64,000 nucleotides of DNA from the NCBI GenBank assembly GCA_963826115.1, contig CAWGVS010000005.1, positions 320,001-384,000 on the forward strand, written 5' to 3'. This document shows positions 59,542-64,000 of this stretch, piece after piece. The notes under the pieces are model-generated. The model searched no databases, had not been told where the DNA came from, and worked only from the letters and a program-made list of their open reading frames with translations. The translations under genes and the position numbers were made by a program. Position 1 is the first letter of the stretch, and the number at the start of each line of letters is the position of its first letter. The stretch is from an uncultured Candidatus Rokubacteria bacterium (lineage in GTDB: Bacteria > Methylomirabilota > Methylomirabilia > Rokubacteriales > DASRDR01).

Positions 59542-61134
59542 CTACTTCAGCCAGACGTTCTTGAACCGCATCATCCCGTCGGGGATCGGCTCGTATCCCT
59601 GGACGCGCGGGCTGAAGGCCTTCGGCTCGATCGGGTGCACGATGAACACGATCGGCACCTCCTCGTGGAGGAGCCGCGTCAGCTCGCTGAAGATCTTCTT
59701 CCGCTCGCCCTTGTCCGAGACCTCGCGGCTGCGGTCGAGGAGCGCGTCGATCTTCGGGTTCGAGATGCCCGACCAGTTCAGGGAGATCCCCTGCGCGGTC
59801 TTGAAGAACTGGAACGTGTTGCCGTCGGGGTCCGGCCGGCCGCTCCACTGGTACTGGATCATCTCGTAGTTCTTGTTGTTCCCGTCGGTGATGAGGGCCG
59901 CCGCGTCGACCAGCTTGATCTTCATGGTGATACCCGCCTCGGCGAGCTGCGCCTGCATCACCTCGGCTTCCTGCACGTTGATCGGGATGTTGTTCGTGGT
60001 CATGGTGAAGGCGAACCCGCCTGGCTGGCCGCCCTCGGCGAGCTTGGCCTTGACCTTGGCGACGTCACGCTTCACGGGGAGGATGCTGCTGTCGTACGCC
60101 CAGCTCGAGGGTGGGATGGGGCCGTTCGACGGCACCCCGACGCCGAGCCACACTCCCTTGACGATCTGCTCGATGTCGAGCCCGTAGGTTACCGCCTGCC
60201 GAAGCGCCTTGTTGTTGAACGGCGGCTTCGTGTGGTTGAGCATGTAGCCGAACGAGGCAAGGGACGGCACGTCGACGACGACCAGGTTCTTGTCGGTCTT
60301 GACCGCCGCCACGTCCCGCGGCTGGACGTAGTCCATGACGTCGATCTCGCCGGACTGGATGCTCGCCAGCTTGACCGTGTCGTCGGGGATCGGCCGGTAG
60401 CGGACCTGGTCGAGGTACGGGCCCGCCTGCTTGTTCCAGTAGCCGTCGAAGCGCTTCAGCACGAGGTGGTCGTCCTTCACCCACTCCACGAACTCGAACG
60501 GCCCGGTGCCGGCGCCCTTGGCGTTGCGCTCGAGGTCCGGGCCGCGCTCCTGGGCGACCTTCGGGGAGACCATCATGCCCGCGCGGTCCGTGAGCGCCGC
60601 GAGGAGCGACGCGTCCGGCCGCTTGAGGTTGAGCCGGATGGTGTGGGAGTCGACCACGTCCACCGTGTCGATGTTGGCCGTCTCGCCCTTGCGGACCGAC
60701 TTCGGGTCCGTCTTCATCCGGTTGAAGTTGAACTTGGCGGCCTCGGCGTTGAAGTCGGTGCCGTCGTGGAACTTCACCCCGCGCTGGAGCTTGAAGACCA
60801 GCGTCTTCGGGTCGGGCTGGGTCCACGACTCGGCCAGGCCGGGCTGGAGCCCGAGCTTCATGTCGAGGACCAGGAGCGGCTCGTAGAGGTTGTGGTAGAC
60901 CTGCCGGTCGATCTTGCTGCCCGACAGGTGCGGGTCCATCGTGGCGGCCTCGATGTAGAAGGCGACGCGCAGCGTGCCACCGCGCTTCGGGGCGGTCTGG
61001 GCCAGCGCCGCCGGGACTCCGCGGAACCCCTGCGTCAGGACCGGCGTCAGAACGCCTCCCGATGCCGCAGCGCACCAGCGCAGAAAGCTCCGGCGGGTTG
61101 CCCGAGCGCTCAAGCCGAATCCAGACGCTCCCAT
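59542..61134 (-). CDS. ABC substrate-binding protein, family 5, Tat signal
   Basis: TRRSFL, PKRGGTL, MDPH, LAESW, VKFHDGT, GTGPF. Confidence 0.93.
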   Translation of the reverse strand: MGASGFGLSARATRRSFLRWCAAASGGVLTPVLTQGFRGVPAALAQTAPKRGGTLRVAFYIEAATMDPHLSGSKIDRQVYHNLYEPLLVLDMKLGLQPGLAESWTQPDPKTLVFKLQRGVKFHDGTDFNAEAAKFNFNRMKTDPKSVRKGETANIDTVDVVDSHTIRLNLKRPDASLLAALTDRAGMMVSPKVAQERGPDLERNAKGAGTGPFEFVEWVKDDHLVLKRFDGYWNKQAGPYLDQVRYRPIPDDTVKLASIQSGEIDVMDYVQPRDVAAVKTDKNLVVVDVPSLASFGYMLNHTKPPFNNKALRQAVTYGLDIEQIVKGVWLGVGVPSNGPIPPSSWAYDSSILPVKRDVAKVKAKLAEGGQPGGFAFTMTTNNIPINVQEAEVMQAQLAEAGITMKIKLVDAAALITDGNNKNYEMIQYQWSGRPDPDGNTFQFFKTAQGISLNWSGISNPKIDALLDRSREVSDKGERKKIFSELTRLLHEEVPIVFIVHPIEPKAFSPRVQGYEPIPDGMMRFKNVWLK

Positions 61135-61209
61135 CGTTCGCTCTCCTCGGGTGGAGGTTTCGTCGTCGGCGACCGTGCCGCCGGGACCGGGGTTCCGCAT
61201 GCGATTGGA

Positions 61210-61238
61210 TGATCGTTTCACGGCAAGCCGGGTGTCAA
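61210..61238 (-). promoter_or_regulatory. Possible sigma70 promoter of the ABC operon
   Basis: Perfect TTGACA (61238-61233) with a weak -10 (GATCAT) 18 nt downstream. Confidence 0.4.
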
Positions 61239-61401
61239 TGGGTCCCGCCCGGGCGGGCGCCCAATGGCTGATGCGGGGTCACTGGCAATGGCCGGCCGGG
61301 GTCGGCCGCCGCCCCGCACCTCGGTACGCGGGGGAGCGGGAGCCATGAGCTAGATTGGTGATCCGCCTCTGGGCGGAAGACGGACGGCTGGACACCACGC
61401 G

Positions 61402-63234
61402 ATGACCATTGGCCACGGGCTCTTCCTCGGCGCCGCCCTGCTCGGGGTCGCGCTGACCCTCATCACCGAGGGACTGAGTCTCTTCCACGGCGTCCGGTGG
61501 GGATGGCTCGTCCTGAGCTGGGGGGTTGTCGCCCCGATCGGGCTCTGGACGGTACGCCGGCGCCGGGCCGAGCCGGCACCGGCGATGCCCCGGGTCGCCC
61601 TCGCGGCGACCGGCACGATTCTCGCGGTCACCGCGGTCATCGCCGTCCTGGCGCCGCCCAACAACTGGGACTCGATGACGTACCACATGCCGCGAGTCGC
61701 CCACTGGGCGCAGGCGGGATCGGTCGCGCACTACCCGACCAACATCCTCCGCCAGCTGTGGCTCGGGCCGGGGGCCGAGTTCGCCATCCTGCACCTCCAC
61801 GTGCTGGCCTCCGGCGACCGCCTCGCGAACCTGGTGCAGTGGCTCGCGTTCGCCGCGTGCGTCGCCGGATCGGCCGTCGTGGCCGGGGCGCTCGGCGGCG
61901 GCTCCTGGGCGCGCGGCCTGGCGGCGGTCGCCTGCGCGACCCTGCCCATGGCGATCTCGCAGGCGAGCAGCACGCAGAACGACCTCGTCGGGAGCTTCTG
62001 GCTCCTCTCGCTCGGCTACTGGGTGCTGCGGTTCCGCGCGACGCCGAGCGCGAGCGTCGCCGTCCTGATCGGCGTCAGCGCCGGGCTCGCGGCCCTCACG
62101 AAGCTTCCCGTCGCGTTCCTGGCGATCCCGTGGCTCGTCGCCTTCGCCGTCGCCGCGGCGCCGCTTGGCCGTCGCCGCGCTCCGGGTTACCTGCTGGCAG
62201 CCGGCGTGGCCGTCGTCGCGCTGAACGCCGGACACGTGAGCCGGACGGTCCTGTTGCTGAGCGCGGGGACGCCCACCCGCGCGATCGGCGTCGCGGAGAA
62301 CCCGGACCGCCTTCCGGCGGACTGGGCGATGTACGTCAACACGACCCTCGATCCGCGCGCGGTCGTCTCCAGCGCGCTCCGCAACGCGACGCTCCACCTG
62401 ACCGTGCCGGCCCCGCGCGTGAACGGCTGGCTCGAGCACGTGGTGGTCGTCGCGCATCGCGCGATGGGTTTCGATCCGAACGACGGCCGGACCACGCTGG
62501 CCGGCCCGTTCCCGGCCTACCGCGTGGGACCGTACCTGCTGCACGAGGACTTCGTGGGCAACCCGCTTCACTTCGTCGCCGCCCTCGTGGCCGGCGTGAT
62601 CGTCCGGCGTCGGCGCGGAGCCCCCGGCGCCCCGGCGCGCCTCTGGGCCGTCCTGAGCGCGGCGAGCGCGCTGGCCTTCGTTATCGCGCTCAAGTGGCAG
62701 CCGTGGAACAGCCGGCTCCACCTCCCTCTGTTCGTCCTCGCGTGCCCGCTGATCGGCCTCGCGTTCGAGGGGAGGCGTCGGCTCGCGGCGGCGTGGGCCG
62801 CGGCCTTCTGTCTGCTTGCCGTCCCGAGCCTCCTCCTCACGTGGCCGCGCACCCTCGTCGGCGAGGGCAGCGTCCTCACCATGCCGCGGGTGACGCAGCG
62901 GTTCCGGAACCACCCGCAACTCCAGCCCGTCTACGAGACCGCGGCCGACCTCGTGCGCGACATGGGATGCCGGCGGGTCGGCATGGTGCTCGACTGGGAC
63001 AGCCCCGAGTACCCGCTCTGGCCGCTCCTCGAGGCGCGCCTCGGCCGCGACGTGCGGCTCGAGCACGCGCTCGTGGAGAACGCGTCCGCGCGGCTCGCGC
63101 CGCCGCTCGCCGACGCGCCCTGCGCGCTGATCGTCGTCGGACGCGAGCCGGACGGCCCGCTCGCCTGGCGCGGCCGGACGTTCGTGGAAGGCTGGCGCCG
63201 GGCTCCCGTGCGCGTCTACGCGCCATCTCCCTGA
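61402..63234 (+). CDS. Polytopic membrane glycosyltransferase (GT-C / PMT-ArnT-like)
   Basis: PPNNWDSMTYHMPRV loop after the first TMs, QASSTQND, LTK, many TM helices, soluble C-terminal domain. Confidence 0.75.
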   Translation: MTIGHGLFLGAALLGVALTLITEGLSLFHGVRWGWLVLSWGVVAPIGLWTVRRRRAEPAPAMPRVALAATGTILAVTAVIAVLAPPNNWDSMTYHMPRVAHWAQAGSVAHYPTNILRQLWLGPGAEFAILHLHVLASGDRLANLVQWLAFAACVAGSAVVAGALGGGSWARGLAAVACATLPMAISQASSTQNDLVGSFWLLSLGYWVLRFRATPSASVAVLIGVSAGLAALTKLPVAFLAIPWLVAFAVAAAPLGRRRAPGYLLAAGVAVVALNAGHVSRTVLLLSAGTPTRAIGVAENPDRLPADWAMYVNTTLDPRAVVSSALRNATLHLTVPAPRVNGWLEHVVVVAHRAMGFDPNDGRTTLAGPFPAYRVGPYLLHEDFVGNPLHFVAALVAGVIVRRRRGAPGAPARLWAVLSAASALAFVIALKWQPWNSRLHLPLFVLACPLIGLAFEGRRRLAAAWAAAFCLLAVPSLLLTWPRTLVGEGSVLTMPRVTQRFRNHPQLQPVYETAADLVRDMGCRRVGMVLDWDSPEYPLWPLLEARLGRDVRLEHALVENASARLAPPLADAPCALIVVGREPDGPLAWRGRTFVEGWRRAPVRVYAPSP

Positions 63235-63294
63235 CTGCCCGAGCTCGGAGGGGCGGCCGCCACGGTGATAGCATGCCTGGGGAGCGAGGCCGCG

Positions 63295-63750
63295 ATGACG
63301 ATCGACCTCTTCGAGGAGACGATGGCGCTCCTGACCGAGCTCGAGCGCCAGGGGGTGCCGTACGCCCTGGTCGGGGCGCTGGCGCTCGCCATCCACGGTG
63401 TCCCGCGGGCGACGACGGACATCGATCTCCTCGTGCGCCGTGACGACGTGGAGGCGACCCTCCGGGTGGCGGAGACACGAGGGTTCGGAGTCCAGGCGCT
63501 GCCCATGCGGTTCAGCGACGGTCTCGAGGTGCGCCGCAGCACCAAGATCGATGCGACCCTGTTGCTCACGCTCGACCTTCTGCTGGTAAACGAGAACCTG
63601 GAGCCCGTCTGGGCGTCGCGCGAGCGTGTCGCCACGGAGCGCGGGAGCGTCTGGGTCGTGTCGCGGCAGGGGCTCATCGACATGAAGGCGTGGGCCGGCC
63701 GCGAGCAGGACCTGGCCGACATCCGGCGCCTGCGCGAGCTCGACGGGTGA
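63295..63750 (+). CDS. Nucleotidyltransferase (pol-beta superfamily, AbiEii/DUF6036-like)
   Basis: GALALAIHGVPRATTDIDLL and C-terminal MKAWAGREQDLADI (K...R..D..D). Confidence 0.85.
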   Translation: MTIDLFEETMALLTELERQGVPYALVGALALAIHGVPRATTDIDLLVRRDDVEATLRVAETRGFGVQALPMRFSDGLEVRRSTKIDATLLLTLDLLLVNENLEPVWASRERVATERGSVWVVSRQGLIDMKAWAGREQDLADIRRLRELDG

Positions 63751-63950
63751 CGCCCCCGGAGATGTCCGCCCGCGCCGTCACGGCGCGCCTCCGCGAGGCG
63801 AGCGCCCGGGCCGACCTGACGGCGAGTCGCCGCCTCCTGACCAAGGTCGACATGTCGCCGGCCGCCGTCACCCGACGGCTCCGCCTCCAGTCGGCGCTGC
63901 GCGACGCGTGCCTCGCGTGGGCGCGCCGGCCGCTCACCTCCGGGACGTAG
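63747..63950 (+). CDS. Small hypothetical protein (67 aa) with a duplicated MSxxAVTxRLR motif
   Basis: GTGA overlap with the NTase stop. EMSARAVTARLR and DMSPAAVTRRLR lie 30 aa apart. Confidence 0.7.
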   Translation: MTPPEMSARAVTARLREASARADLTASRRLLTKVDMSPAAVTRRLRLQSALRDACLAWARRPLTSGT

Positions 63951-64000
63951 CGCGTCCCCGCCTCGTCGTCAGCCGCCGGGCGGTCGCGTCTCCGTCGACG

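Noticed and set aside
1-64000. CRISPR arrays, tRNA/rRNA and IS elements
   Set aside because: No regularly spaced repeats, cloverleaf or rRNA signatures, or transposase motifs were seen. Intergenic gaps are all under about 300 bp. Inspection was by eye only.

Overview
Very GC-rich, gene-dense bacterial chromosome segment with about 55 CDS. The gene repertoire (zinc-ribbon cyclase-AAA-TPR protein, several family-5 ABC binding proteins, LLM, amidohydrolases) suggests a Rokubacteria/Methylomirabilota-like soil bacterium; this is inference only. I found no rRNA, tRNA, CRISPR array, transposase or phage genes. Main contents in order: DNA polymerase II that probably starts at a CTG codon, an LdtD(YcbB)-MepK(YcbK) pair, a cobalt nitrile hydratase cluster with a divergent acyl-CoA synthetase, an OYE/DAO/2-hydroxyacid dehydrogenase catabolic cluster, two peptide/nickel-type ABC clusters lacking ATPases, a glycosyltransferase/PaaK-like block, leuC-methyltransferase-leuD, an HBD-RNase H, an IorAB-type molybdoenzyme, and at the right end a nucleotidyltransferase coupled to a 67-aa protein with a duplicated motif. 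That last pair is the best candidate for an undescribed system. There are also two small gene remnants, one homopolymer frameshift and many apparent leaderless starts. All calls come from motif recognition by eye; no database searches were run.
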